A stretch of DNA of 63,098 bases, the filler included, from Pirum gemmata (Eukaryota): assembly GCA_002812295.1 (NCBI GenBank). It is 19 parts of 19 records of this genome, joined end to end, with 100 filler letters (N's around TTAATTAATTAA, not from the genome) between each part and the next. Parts side by side here need not be neighbours in the genome. Positions count along the whole stretch, not along the records: positions 1 to 3,150 come from PDIN01003403.1; positions 3,251 to 6,398 come from PDIN01003404.1; positions 6,499 to 9,618 come from PDIN01003406.1; positions 9,719 to 12,834 come from PDIN01003407.1; 15 more parts are not named here. One strand, given 5' to 3'. The notes under the pieces were generated by a model that did no database searches, was not told the origin of the DNA, and saw nothing but the letters and a program-made list of their open reading frames with translations. The translations under genes were made by a program, and so were the position numbers. This document shows, one piece after another, positions 1 to 12,020 of the stretch; positions within the stretch are counted from its first letter, which is position 1, and the number at the start of each line of letters is the position of its first letter.

Positions 1-74
1 TATCTTGTATCAAAACAGGCGTTATAGTCATGCTAGAATACAAGTATTATCTTGTATACTAGTAGACTATAACA

Positions 75-107
<33 letters not shown>

Positions 108-557
108 TTCCGATTTTATTGTTTTTATTACTATTAATGTTAACATTATTACTTTAATTAGTATCTACTATAATTAGATATACCATTTTAATTTATTTAA
201 CTACTATTATTAGTAAGAAACACGGAACTAAGGTTGGCTCGATAAGCATATTATGTTCGAAAAAAGTTCTAGTAGATATCTCACCCCTACTCCCTTTATA
301 TTTATTGATCCCAGTTTCAAGAGCTTATGAACCCCTCCTTATCGAACACCTTAGCAGAGTGGTGAAGTGACGATAATAATAATAATAATAATAATAAATA
401 AAAAAAAAAATAAAAATCTTTTTATTTATTATTTATTATCATATAAAAATAAAAATAATGGAATAATGGCAAAGATGCCAATAATATTTTAATCCCAGTA
501 GCCCTAACTGACTCACTCAGACCCTAACTAGGATACAAAAGGAATTGAATATTAGTA

Positions 558-990
558 TTAAACTCGGTTTTCACAAACTCCGTGAGGTATAGAAGCAAAG
601 GGATTACCAAAGGTAGGAGTGTCTCTCCAAACACAATCTCCGCCACATAATTCAACGTTTTGTTCGCCATTGCTGAGCGAATATCCACCTAAAGAAAGCC
701 AAAACCAATCTAACTTCATGTCTTTGGGGGAAAGCACAAAAGTGGCAATTTGCAGCATATTGCCCATTACATGTTTTTCTTTCGTTGTCAATATACATTA
801 TGGTTGAAAGCATACGATCAGTTTCCTTGTCGAATACATATGCGCCTGGCCAATCTTTATTATATTCAACATCCTCAGGCACAGTGGCTGCTGTTACAAC
901 CATGTTATTACGACTTGGTGCAACGCTTAACAGAACCACTACACCTAAAGTGCATATTTGTTGGACGGAAGGTAATACTGTGGACCACAT
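558..990 (-). pseudogene. Small secreted Cys-containing protein split by a 1-nt frameshift (pseudogene or homopolymer error)
   Basis: ORF 652-990 has an ATG and a signal-like hydrophobic segment (ICTLGVVVLLSVA). The overlapping frame 558-791 carries the protein-like continuation (KDMKLDWFW...CGGDCVW...HGVCENRV). Removing one base from the G5 run at 726-730 fuses them as ...HFCAFP-KDMKLDW. Confidence 0.5.
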
Positions 991-1290
991 ATTTTTATTA
1001 TCTTGAAATAATTGATATTGGTATTAATTTTGTTTTTAGCTTTTTTTGTTTAGCTTTTTTGTTATTTTATTAATTAATTTTTATTATTATTATTTTGAAA
1101 TAATTAATATTTTTGTTCAGCTTTTTGTTTGGTTTGGTTTAGTTTTGGTTTTGTTTCTTTTTTTTTTTATTTTTTAAAAAAATTAATCGTTCGTTTTTAC
1201 TTTCGTTTTATACACAAAATTCAAAGACCTTTTTCTTGGAGTCCTGGAAATGGAGTCCTGGAAATGGAATTTTCGTCATAGTAACATTAG

Positions 1291-1535
1291 TAAGTGGTAG
1301 TATTTTCAAGAAGAGGACGTCATTTTTAAAAGGCATGCCTTATATATGCCTAAAACTCTTTCTATTATAGTAAGTGGTAGTATTTTCAAGAAGAGGATGT
1401 CATTTTTAAAAGGAATGCCTTATATATGCCTAAAACTCTTTTTATTATATTTAGGACATAGTAAATACATTTAGGGCGTGGTGGAATTTTCGTCATAGTA
1501 AGTGGTAGTATTTTCAGAAGAGGACGTCATTTTTT
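1291..1535. repeat. 80-bp tandem duplication plus a partial third copy
   Basis: taagtggtagtattttcaagaagagga... starts at 1291 and 1371, with a partial copy near 1500. Confidence 0.85.
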
Positions 1536-1565
1536 TAATTAAAAAAGGCACCACACACACAAACG

Positions 1566-1604
<39 letters not shown>

Positions 1605-2182
1605 CACACACACACACACACACACACATACATACAAACACACACANNNNNNNNNNNNNNNNNNNNNNNNNNNNNNNNNNNNNNNNNNNNNNNNNNNNNN
1701 NNNNNNNNNNNNNNNNNNNNNNNNNNNNNNNNNNNNNNNNNNNNNNNNNNNNNNNNNNNNNNNNNNNNNNNNNNNNNNNNNNNACCCAATAACAATAACA
1801 ATAACAATAACAATAACAATAACAATAACAATAACAATAACAATAACAAGAACAAGAACAATAACAAGAACAATAACAAGAACAAGAACAATAACAATAA
1901 TATATAATAACAATAATAATAATAATAATAATAATAACATAATATTATAATAAAAGCAATAAGAATAACAATAGCTATAACACTAACAGTAACATTAACA
2001 ATAAATAGTTCAATAACGATAACAAAAACATTATTAGCAATTAGAATTATATATTTCCATTGTATTTTACTTATTTTTTGTTATTTATTATTTATAAGAT
2101 GTTCAATTTTAAAAGTTTATTTATTAATTAATTAAAATATTTTTTTAATCAATTAATTATATTAATAAATGTTTAAAATTAA

Positions 2183-2968
2183 TTAAGGTACAACACATTT
2201 AAAATCACTATCTCCAGTCTTGACTTCTTCTAAATCAGCACAACAAGGTTTTTGGGTATGGTAAGGATTTTCATTTAGAGTAGAACACCATTTTGGATCG
2301 GTAACATTGGAATAAGAGCATCCAGTTTGATAAACACCACCATAAAAACCAAAGGCTTGGGGATCCATATCCCCTTCTGCAAGTGTACATTCTTTAGGAT
2401 CAGCGCCAGGTGGATAAGAACAACCGGTTTGATAATATCCCATATAGAAACCCATATTGTTAGGATTTAGTGTAGAGTCTACGGTACATCTTGGATCCGA
2501 TTGTGGGGTGAATGAACAGCCGGTTTCTTCTTTTCCTTGATATAAACCTGAGTATTGGTTTTTAATTTCAGAATCTTTAATACACATAGTAGAACTTTCA
2601 GAAGGTATAATATCATTGCAATAACAAGAATTATCAATAGGGGAAATGTCACAAAAAAGTTTTTCCTTGGTTTTATGGTTTTCACATAAGGCCGTAGCAT
2701 CTGTTTGTTTACAATGAAAACCAAGGTTTTCTTGTTTTAAACAAAGCACAGGCTCACAATAACAATCATGGCTGTTGGAGATGCTGGAACACAAAAGTTT
2801 TTCGGATTGATCATCATTTGCACAAACTATTCCGTTTGGAGTTTGTTCGCAAGTTAAGTTTAAGTTATCTTGTTGAAAAGCACAAAGTTTACTTGGTTCC
2901 AAGGTAGCAGCAGCTTCACCTTTTAATAAAGCGTTGGAAGCGAAAGTGACCAAAACGAAAAAAAACAT
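2183..2968 (-). CDS. Secreted Cys-rich repeat protein, 261 aa, unknown function
   Basis: Signal-like N-terminus (MFFFVLVTFASNA), two 6-Cys repeats (LC..Q.NL...C.QT....C.N....EKL.C......CYC), then three G.Y..TGCS(F/Y)....DP(K/R).C repeats; intronless ORF in AT-rich flanks. Confidence 0.75.
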   Translation of the reverse strand: MFFFVLVTFASNALLKGEAAATLEPSKLCAFQQDNLNLTCEQTPNGIVCANDDQSEKLLCSSISNSHDCYCEPVLCLKQENLGFHCKQTDATALCENHKTKEKLFCDISPIDNSCYCNDIIPSESSTMCIKDSEIKNQYSGLYQGKEETGCSFTPQSDPRCTVDSTLNPNNMGFYMGYYQTGCSYPPGADPKECTLAEGDMDPQAFGFYGGVYQTGCSYSNVTDPKWCSTLNENPYHTQKPCCADLEEVKTGDSDFKCVVP

Positions 2969-3150
2969 AATTATTTTTTTGTGTATTATATTATAATAAT
3001 AAAATTCAATTTTATTATATAACTAATTAATTAAAACAACGGTAATGATGATTGTGTACTGTAAATTAAATAATTTAAAAAATTATTCTTAATTTATTTT
3101 TATTTTTCCGTAATGAAATTGATGGTTTATATACTCGATTTTAAAAAAAA

Positions 3151-3250
3151 NNNNNNNNNNNNNNNNNNNNNNNNNNNNNNNNNNNNNNNNNNNNTTAATT
3201 AATTAANNNNNNNNNNNNNNNNNNNNNNNNNNNNNNNNNNNNNNNNNNNN
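3151..3250. other. Artificial contig linker (44N-TTAATTAATTAA-44N), first of 18
   Basis: The identical 100-bp spacer starts at 3151, 6399, 9619, 12835, 16027, 19254, 22512, 25702, 28918, 32119, 35344, 38562, 41807, 46967, 50179, 53426, 56640 and 59883. The 12-mer puts stops in all six frames. Confidence 0.98.
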
Positions 3251-4936
3251 ATATTAATATTATTATTCTCATTATTTCTTGACTTGAAAAAGTCTTCAAC
3301 AGATAATATTTTTTACTGTAAAGTTTTTATAGGGTTTTTATTTTATTGTTATTATTTTGTTTCATTTGTTTATTTATTTATGATCTATAGTATTTAAATG
3401 TATTTATTTGTTATTTTATTTACTTGAAAGAAAATATATCTTGTTATTATGATAAAATACATAATACATAATACATAATACATAATACATAATAAATGAT
3501 AAAATTTAATGATAAAATATTAATGATATTAATAAATGATATTAATATTATTAATAAATGATAAATGATAAATGATAAATGATATAATAAATGATTAATG
3601 ATAAATTATACTATAAAAGATAATTATAAATGATAAATATTAATGATAAATGATAAATAATAAATGATAAATGATAAATGATAAATTAAATGATAAATGA
3701 TAAATGATAAATGATAAATGTTTAATAAGAAATGATTAATATTAAATTTAAATGATTAATAAGTAACAAAAGTGCCAGTATTCGCACATTTTGGCCGCAA
3801 AAAGTGTCTATATATTTGTCACTTGGTCCCACTGATAAAGAAGTTTTCAATGGAAGACATTAGAAGAAAAGAAATGGTATTAAAATATCGTCGTTTGATA
3901 GTAATAATCAATGTATACGTAATTTGGAGGATAATTATGAAATGTATTATAATAATGATGTAGACGAAAATAGTAATTTACCAGGCAGAAAAAATATCTG
4001 AGGAAAAAATATTATCGCAAGGGTAAAAAAACCAGACAATATATCCATTCGGATTTTGCACGGACTTAAATTTTGTTATATTAATAGTATTAATATCATA
4101 ACAATTATTATTGTTACTGCAGCTGCTAGGGGTTTTAATTAAATTTTGTTAACGTTTTTTGTGTTTTCTATTTATTAAAATGTTGTTTGTGAAATGATCA
4201 AATTACAATTTTCGTCGCATCAAGTCCACAAAGTTGTTTTATTCAACCTCTAACTATGTGCCCCATGTGTAGTGTAGGGCACATGCTTCAAAGTTGAAGC
4301 TGACCCTGTCTCACCTAACCCAATTAATTGCAATCTTTAATAATAACTCACTGACCCAACTTTTAGCTACCATATAAATTATAAATAGTTGAAGGTCCAA
4401 TAAAATGAAAATTTGAAGACGCTATGGTAACTATAGTATTGTATAATATACTGCTAGTAATATACTGCTACATACTACTACTACTACTACTAAACTACTA
4501 TTAAATTACTAATAGCTACAGTACTAGCAGTATCGAAAATATTATTATTACTATTATTATTTATAAATAATTATTATTATTATTTAAATATTATTATTAC
4601 TATTAATTATTATTACTATTATTATTTATTACTATTATTATTTATACTGTATTACTATTTTGATATTAAAATTTTATTACTATTATTAATATTATTTATT
4701 ACTATTGTTATATTTATTATTATATATTATTATTTATTACTGTTGTAATTGCTATTTTGTGTTATTGATTTTATTTATTATAAAAATTGTAATAATATAA
4801 TTTATTCTTCTTTTTTTTTATTTATGTAAGCAAACACGAAAAGCTCTATGTAAGAATATATATATTGTACGAAAAGTCCTTTTCATTAAATTTATTAATT
4901 AATTAATACTTGGTTTTTATTATTTCTGGTTTAATT

Positions 4937-6058
4937 TTAAAGCAATGTGCACTTGTCTGCATCGTCATTAACACCTTCCTCCGGTGGTGGGTCAGGTAAA
5001 TACTGCTTCATAACGACGGCTATTAAAGTATATACACAAACCCAAGCATCCTTCAAATCATCATTCCAATTATTCCCCTCAGCAATACTTAATACTGTAA
5101 TCAACACTTGACCGGTAATAAAAAACTGACCAGTATGACATCCGTATTGTCTATGCCTGACCGATAAAGTGGCCAAGTTAGGAATTAATTTAGTTAAATC
5201 ATCTAATACTGTTATACAGTTACTTATCATAGAAACAAACATTGTACTTTGTATATGTGGAGAATTGGTAACGAATAAAGCTTTAAGAGCAGGTACTGTT
5301 TTAAATAATTCTTCGTAAAATATATTACCTACAGTCTGGGCGTCAAACTTACTAGTAATACGACTCCATGATTCTTTGATGGTTGTTGAAACTTTGGAAG
5401 AAAAACGAGGAAACGAATTCAGTTTCATCATTTTTAAAGCTTCTTGTTTAGCTTCTTCAAATATGAACTGGCTAATTTTTGAGGAAGACAAATTTTCTTC
5501 CACCAATTTTCTAGTTTTCTCTGATAAATTAACTTGTTTAGGGGATTTGGAATCAACAAAAACATCATAAATGTTTTTAGCGGACCTGAGTCTTTTTTCT
5601 TTGTTTGTTAAAGCTTCATAATCTAGAACAGAAGAAACAAACTCCATATTTTCAGCATTGTATTCATATTCTAAAAAATTCTTTAACACATCAAACACTT
5701 CACGGCTACTAAAAAGAAACAGAAAAGGTTCCTTTTCGTATTCTTTACTGTCGATTAATCTTAGCTTTTGATCGGTCATCGAGTCACTTTTACCCGATGA
5801 TGATCTTTTTGTTAGATGAGAACCAGATAGTCGTTTTAAACTTTTAAGAGTCCTGTTTCTTTCTCTCTTTCTAGGTACTACCTTTCCATTTTCTTGAGGA
5901 AGATGCTCGGTGGTAACAAACTCTGGCTCAAGTTCTGATTCATCTGTATCAGTACTATTACTACTAGTCATACTATGATTAGTAAGTTTTCCATTGAGTT
6001 TGGAATCACGAGTGTGGAAATCCTGATTAGACATTTGAACTACACCTGCAGAAGCCAT
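4937..6058 (-). CDS. RGS domain-globin domain fusion protein with C-terminal CaaX (CTLL), 373 aa
   Basis: aa ~112-220 RGS box: F-L-E-x-E-Y-N-A-E-N-M-E-F, AKNIYDVFV..SPKQVNL, FEEAKQEA..MM..NSFPRF. aa ~222-354 globin: IKESW (A helix), IFYEELF..VP..KALF (B10 Tyr, CD1 Phe), Q270 (E7), LSVRHRQYG (F8 His302), W.DDLKDAW..Y..IA..M (H helix). Ends CTLL-stop. Confidence 0.9.
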   Translation of the reverse strand: MASAGVVQMSNQDFHTRDSKLNGKLTNHSMTSSNSTDTDESELEPEFVTTEHLPQENGKVVPRKRERNRTLKSLKRLSGSHLTKRSSSGKSDSMTDQKLRLIDSKEYEKEPFLFLFSSREVFDVLKNFLEYEYNAENMEFVSSVLDYEALTNKEKRLRSAKNIYDVFVDSKSPKQVNLSEKTRKLVEENLSSSKISQFIFEEAKQEALKMMKLNSFPRFSSKVSTTIKESWSRITSKFDAQTVGNIFYEELFKTVPALKALFVTNSPHIQSTMFVSMISNCITVLDDLTKLIPNLATLSVRHRQYGCHTGQFFITGQVLITVLSIAEGNNWNDDLKDAWVCVYTLIAVVMKQYLPDPPPEEGVNDDADKCTLL

Positions 6059-6498
6059 TTTTTATAAAGTATTAACTTACTTATGATAAACAATTCAAAT
6101 TATTTAAAAAATATATTTACTTCCTAACTAAATAATTCAAAAAATTTTTAAAAAAATAAATATATAATTTTTCTTTTTTTTTTAAATTTATAAATCATTT
6201 TTTTTATTATATACCATGGTATGTATGTATTCGGCCATTTGGCGAAAATAATTTTTTTTTAAAAAACAAAAAACACACAAGTGACTGTAACTCATACCTT
6301 AGTCAACGGAGTGTCAACGGTCAGTCATATGATATACCAATAATAAACGGCTAAAAACTGAATAAACGCAATTTCTTTATTATTATTATTATTATTATNN
6401 NNNNNNNNNNNNNNNNNNNNNNNNNNNNNNNNNNNNNNNNNNTTAATTAATTAANNNNNNNNNNNNNNNNNNNNNNNNNNNNNNNNNNNNNNNNNNNN

Positions 6499-6529
<31 letters not shown>

Positions 6530-6818
6530 CACCATCATCACCATTATCATATTATTCATATTCACAATCATATTCAAATACATAATAATAACAATAACCA
6601 TACTACTAGATATTCATAAGCATAAACATAAACATATGCATATGCATAAGTATAAGCATAAACATATGCATAGTGCATATGCAACCCTAACCCTATAAAC
6701 ATAAACATAAACATAAACATAATCAGAATCATTATCATACTACTCATAATCATATTCATAATTCATAAATATAACATAAACATAAACATAAACATAAACA
6801 TAAACATAAACATAAACA

Positions 6819-7240
6819 TATCGTGCTTTTCATTTATTTTGTCACTCTAAATATTCATATTTGGAGGATTATAATCTTTAAATTGACATTTTTAAATCAA
6901 TGCATAGATAATAAAAAATACTAAAACATAACAAATGGATTTATAATTCATAAATTCATATTAGTATTAATATTCATAAACATAAACACAAACATGACAT
7001 AAACATGAACATAAACATAAACATAAACATAAACATAAACATATCGTGCTTTTCATTTATTTTGTCACTCTAAATATTCATATTTGGAGGATTATAATCT
7101 TTAAAGTTTAAATTGACATTTTTTTAAATCAATGCATAGATAATAAAAAATACTAAAACATAACAAATGGATTTATAGTGCATTTATTTATTTGGTACAC
7201 TATTTATTGTGTATTTCATGATGACAAAACAACTAAAAAT
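6819..7240 (+). mobile_element. MITE-like family A, two copies (6819-6945 partial, 7042-7240)
   Basis: Both begin tatcgtgcttttcatttattttgtcac and align to the full copy at 48238-48429. Confidence 0.75.
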
Positions 7241-8167
7241 ATTATTTTAAAATAATTTATTGTTTTGTTTTTTTAATATAATTAAATTAGGTTTTAAAAA
7301 AGAGAGTGTGTTTGGACTTCATGCGCGAACGCAGTCAGTCCTATACACAGAAATTCTGTGCCCGAGTTCTTCATTGAAGAATCGTACCCTGCTCATATCC
7401 CAGTGCAATGATATGACACAAAATATGTATTAGGCCTCCATGATCACCTCATACAAGACACCAGGTAAGTGATTATTTCAAAACTATCAAAATTTTCTTC
7501 CCTTTTATACCTTTTTTTTTTTGTTTGTTTGTTTATTACATAATTATCATACAGTTTCATACTTGAAACAAAATCTAGTCAAAATCTGTTCATTTAGAGA
7601 GGGATGACAGAATTGAGATGGCAAAAAATTATTACTTAAAATAGATATTTATATCCTTAACATAGTAGTTTATTATATTAAGTATTACTATTAATAGTTA
7701 TAAGTTAATTTTTTATAGTAATTTAAGTCAAATTTTCAATTTTTGCCGTACCCTAGGTTGGTATTAGTATTATGACGTCATGTCATCCCTCCTGATGACA
7801 TCCCCTTTGGNAGATAGGTTACAAAAGGAATTGAGATGGCAAAAAATTATTACTTAAAATAGATATTTATATCCTTAACATAGTAGTTTATTATATTAAG
7901 TATTACTATTAATAGTTATAGGTTAACTTTTTATAGTAATTTAAGTCAAATTTTCAATTTTTGCCGTACCCTAGGTTGGTATTAGTATTATGACGTCATG
8001 TCATCCCTTCATTTAGGCTTTTAGACCTTTAGTCCCTGACACTCCTAGCTACTAGCTAGCTAGCTATCGATAGCTTTAGCTAGCCTTACCATTACTATTA
8101 CTATTACTATTACTATTACTATTACTATTACTATTACTATTACTATTACTATTACTATTACCATTAC

Positions 8168-8842
8168 TATTGTTAGCTTCATTTAGTTAAGTTAGGATTA
8201 TTATCACTCAAGGGCTCAAGATGACTAATATTAAGATGTAATTTAAATAGTGTATGGATTGAGTTGAGTTGAAAAAATTAGAGGACTTTAAACCTAAGGC
8301 TAATTTGAAATTTTTAATAAACTATGATCCTGATGATTGTATTTATAGAACATCATTATTTCGTAATGATGAATTAGGTCGTATTATAATAATGATATAA
8401 ATTATAATATGGATTTAATGAGTATGGTCAACTTTGACAGATGTATTAATACCTTTTTCGTAATCAGTCATCTTTAGCCCTTGAGTGTTATAAAATAATA
8501 ATCAAACAATTTATAATTTTTTCTATATCTGTCAAAGTTCACTTATGATGTTCTATAAACACAATCATCAGGATCATAGTTTATTAAAAAACTCAAACTA
8601 GTTAGCCTTAGGTTTAATTAATTAAAGTCCTCCAATTTTTTCAACTCAATCCATACACTATTTAAGATAACTTCCACTCCATATAATTTAATTCCCCTTC
8701 TAACGTCGGACCATTAATTTTTGTATAATATTAATACCTTTTTCGTAATCAGTCATCTTGAGCCTTTGAGTGTTAATCAAACAATTTATTAATATTAATA
8801 TTAATATAATCCTAACTTTTAACTTAAAGAAGCTAATAGTAA
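8168..8842. repeat. Large imperfect inverted repeat (foldback-like, ~670 bp)
   Basis: Arm blocks are reverse complements, e.g. aatagtgtatggattgagttg / caactcaatccatacactatt, taataaactatgatcctgatgattgt / acaatcatcaggatcatagtttatta, actttgacagat / atctgtcaaagt. Confidence 0.8.
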
Positions 8843-8859
8843 GGTTACAAGTCATATTA

Positions 8860-9180
8860 AAAAGTATGTTAGCTCAAGGGTTAGGCAAACGTTAATGAAT
8901 GAGGATGATGCGATAAAAATTTTGTCTAAGTTACAAGAGAGATATGGTAGTAAGTTAGTTTCCACCAAAGATCAAGTATAGTATCAGAGTTAAGAAGAAT
9001 AAAATTTAAAGCTGGTATTAATAGAGGCAAGTATAATCAAATTCAAGATGTATATATTAATAAGAGGAAATTGATTTTCAAAGTCAATCTCATTATCACA
9101 AATGGGATTAAGTATTAATGAAGGTGAAATTGTAAGTATTCTAGACTCTAGTAGGGTCAATGAATGAAAAACTAGAATAT
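8860..9180 (+). pseudogene. Decayed Ty1/copia gag (UBN2-type) fragment
   Basis: Frameshifted pieces translate as VRQTLMNEDDAIKILSKLQERYGSK, IVSELRRIKFKAG and SLSQMGLSINEGEIVSIL, matching the order and pattern of copia gag helices. Confidence 0.5.
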
Positions 9181-9937
9181 TTAGCTACTATATATATAGC
9201 ATCTGATTATTCGCAATTTATTAGGAAGGTATGCAGGTAGAAATATTACTGATGATGCTTGGGATGGGTTTATAACTACGTTTATTAATAATAGCATTAC
9301 TGATGATGCTTGGGATGGGTTTATAACTACGTTTATTAATAATAGCATTACCAGTACTATTACCAGTACTATTACCAGTACCAGTACTAGTACTATTACT
9401 ATTACTATATTTACTATTACTATAACTATATTTACTATTACTATTACTATATTTACCGTTATTACTATATTTACTATTACTATTACTAGTACTATTACTA
9501 GTACTACTAGTACTAATACTATTACTATTACTATTACTATTACTGTTACTATTACTATTACTATTACTATTACTATTACTATTACTATTACTATTAGTAG
9601 TACTATTACTATTACTATNNNNNNNNNNNNNNNNNNNNNNNNNNNNNNNNNNNNNNNNNNNNTTAATTAATTAANNNNNNNNNNNNNNNNNNNNNNNNNN
9701 NNNNNNNNNNNNNNNNNNTTAGGGTTAGGGTTAGGGTTAGGGTTAGGGTTGGGGTTAGGGTTAGGGTTAATAATAAAAAATAATAATAAACAATAGATAA
9801 TAATAATAACAATAATAAAATTTTATAAAAAATAATAAATAATCGATAATGAATACCGAAAGCCCCCTGCAATTTAAGTGTTAACCACCATCGTTCTATT
9901 CGAGTGTTTCTCTTCAGGTTTAATATTGAATAATTAT

Positions 9938-10135
9938 ATGTGTGTGTGCTTCATAATAACTGGTTATGCAGGAACTGGAAAAAGTTTTTTAATTAACAAG
10001 ACTTAGTCGTCAAATTAACTTCTTTGTTTTTACATTGTGAAAATTTGAAAAATATTGACGGGTTAGGTAATTTAACTAATTTAACTTCTTTGAATTTATT
10101 TTTTTTGTATAAATTTGCAAAATATTGATGGGATC
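9938..10135 (+). pseudogene. Relic coding fragment: Walker A motif followed by LRR repeats
   Basis: 9938-10006 reads MCVCFIITGYAGTGKSFLINKT-stop. 10015-10135 reads LTSLFLHCENLKNIDGLGNLTNLTSLNLFF, then a frameshift, then CINLQNIDGI. Confidence 0.55.
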
Positions 10136-10290
10136 GAAAGACCCAAATCTGATTCCATATATATATAAATAATATATAATAGGTAAAGGTTTTAAATATT
10201 AAATTTACGTTTAGGTACTTATAGATTTAGCTTTAGGTTTAGGAGAAATAAATTATTTTTAATTCTGCATTTATTCTGTATTTATTTATT

Positions 10291-10650
10291 TTAATAATAA
10301 TAATGTATGTTTTTCTTTTTAGCGTTTAAAGTACCAGTTCGTCTATAGTAAAATCCGCAAGTATTACAAAGGGAACCTTTTCCATTTGGTCCTGGTCTCC
10401 AAGTACAAGATGAGGTAATTCCACAATGCTCACATGGTCTTTCTGATCTATGAATTAAATTTTTAGATGTACTTTTATGTTTTCTGCTTTTCTTTTTTGC
10501 CATTAAATGTTTGAAGGTATATTGTATTTGAGGTGTTTCTAATAAAGTTATTAGGTTACTGTTCTCATTAGTACTTTCAGTTTTAGTATCCCAAGGTCTC
10601 CAGAAGTTTAAAGTTTCATTGGTTCTCATTTGGCAAGTTACTTGGCACAT
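10291..10650 (-). CDS. Small GATA zinc-finger transcription factor (C-X2-C-X18-C-X2-C)
   Basis: CEHC-GITSSCTWRPGPNGKGSL-CNTCGFYYRR with the W-R-x-G-P and L-C-N-x-C-G signatures and basic flanks. Confidence 0.85.
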   Translation of the reverse strand: MCQVTCQMRTNETLNFWRPWDTKTESTNENSNLITLLETPQIQYTFKHLMAKKKSRKHKSTSKNLIHRSERPCEHCGITSSCTWRPGPNGKGSLCNTCGFYYRRTGTLNAKKKNIHYYY

Positions 10651-10856
10651 GGTTATTTTTATTTTATTATTATTATAATTGTTAACGTTATTGTTGCTGT
10701 TATATAATATAAATAAAATATATACATATGTATATATTATATTATTATTATTGTTGTTGTTTTATTTTTTTACTTGTTTATTGTTTCTATTGTTTTTATT
10801 GTTTTTATTGTTTTTATTATTTTTGTGTGTTTTTTTAAAAAAAGAATTAATTATAA

Positions 10857-10917
<61 letters not shown>

Positions 10918-11333
10918 ACACACTGTGAAAGGGATTATTTTATTGTTTTTGTTTGTCTATTTTTTTTTGTTTTATTTATTTATGTTTTTTTAAAATTTCT
11001 TTTTTATTCATTTTTTATTATTGTTTATTTTATGTTAGGTTTTTCTATTATTTATTTATTTATTATAAGTAATATTTTGATTGTTATTATACTGTAACCA
11101 ACATTCTCATTGTCATCTTCCAAATTTTTTGGGTGTGTGTGTGTGTGTGTTTTTCTTTCGTTATTGTATAAATGTTTGTAATTTTGTAACACTTTAAATA
11201 TTGATATTATTATTTTGTATAGTTCATAGCTTAATACTATTGTAAGTAAAAAGCAGTTTTTGAACTTAATACAAAGTAAAATCTCCAATATTCTAACTGT
11301 ATGTTTTGCATGTATTTATTTTTTATAGTATAA

Positions 11334-11978
11334 ATGAGTGAAAAAAATACTACAGAAAATGTTGCTACGTCTACTCCCGTGAACTCAACTACCATTGCTA
11401 CTAGTGTAGCAAATGTAAAGGCTACAACAACAACAACAACAACAAAAACAACAACAACAACAAGTTCTAATACAGGAACCTCAAAGTCTACCAAACAATT
11501 TGGTTCACCTAATAGTACAAGTATTTCTGGTAAATCAGAAGAAAAAACAAAAAACTCAGCTTCAACTGCGAGTAGGAATTTGAAGTCAACAACCACAACC
11601 AAAACTACAGCTACAACATCATCTACTGTGACCACAACACCAGCAGTAACCACAGCTGGTACAACCACAACAACCACAACAACAGACACAACAGTAAAGC
11701 CTACATCAGCGTTAACTTCGACAACTACTGCAACTTTAGCAAAGATGATTTCAGTTTCACCAGCAGCAGTAGCTAACACGATCAATACAAATATTTCTAA
11801 TTCAACAGCTACAGTAGCTAGTGCTCCCAACAAGTCAACAACTGTAAAAGATGTGAAGAGTCAGAGCAATTCTGAGGTAACTTTGGGCACAAAAGGAATT
11901 GGGTCAAAGCTAAAGTTGAAGGCAACAACAACAACAAGCATCTCACCCACAGCTTCGACAAGTGCAAGTAACAAATCC

Positions 11979-12020
<42 letters not shown>

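Noticed and set aside
7291..7470. Exon-like GC-richer island with AG and GTAAGT ends
   Set aside because: Stops in all three forward frames and no recognisable motif; at most a decayed exon.
7607..8008. Near-identical tandem duplications flanking single n/nn characters (also near 20685, 28454, 50723, 61484)
   Set aside because: Typical of unmerged overlapping contig ends or haplotypes at scaffold gaps.
9719..9769. TTAGGG tracts at contig ends as true telomeres or nanochromosome ends
   Set aside because: This tract has the wrong orientation for a left telomere, and most tracts are internal or degenerate. Contigs also break at other microsatellites, and the uniform ~3.1-kb size suggests size-sorted fragments.
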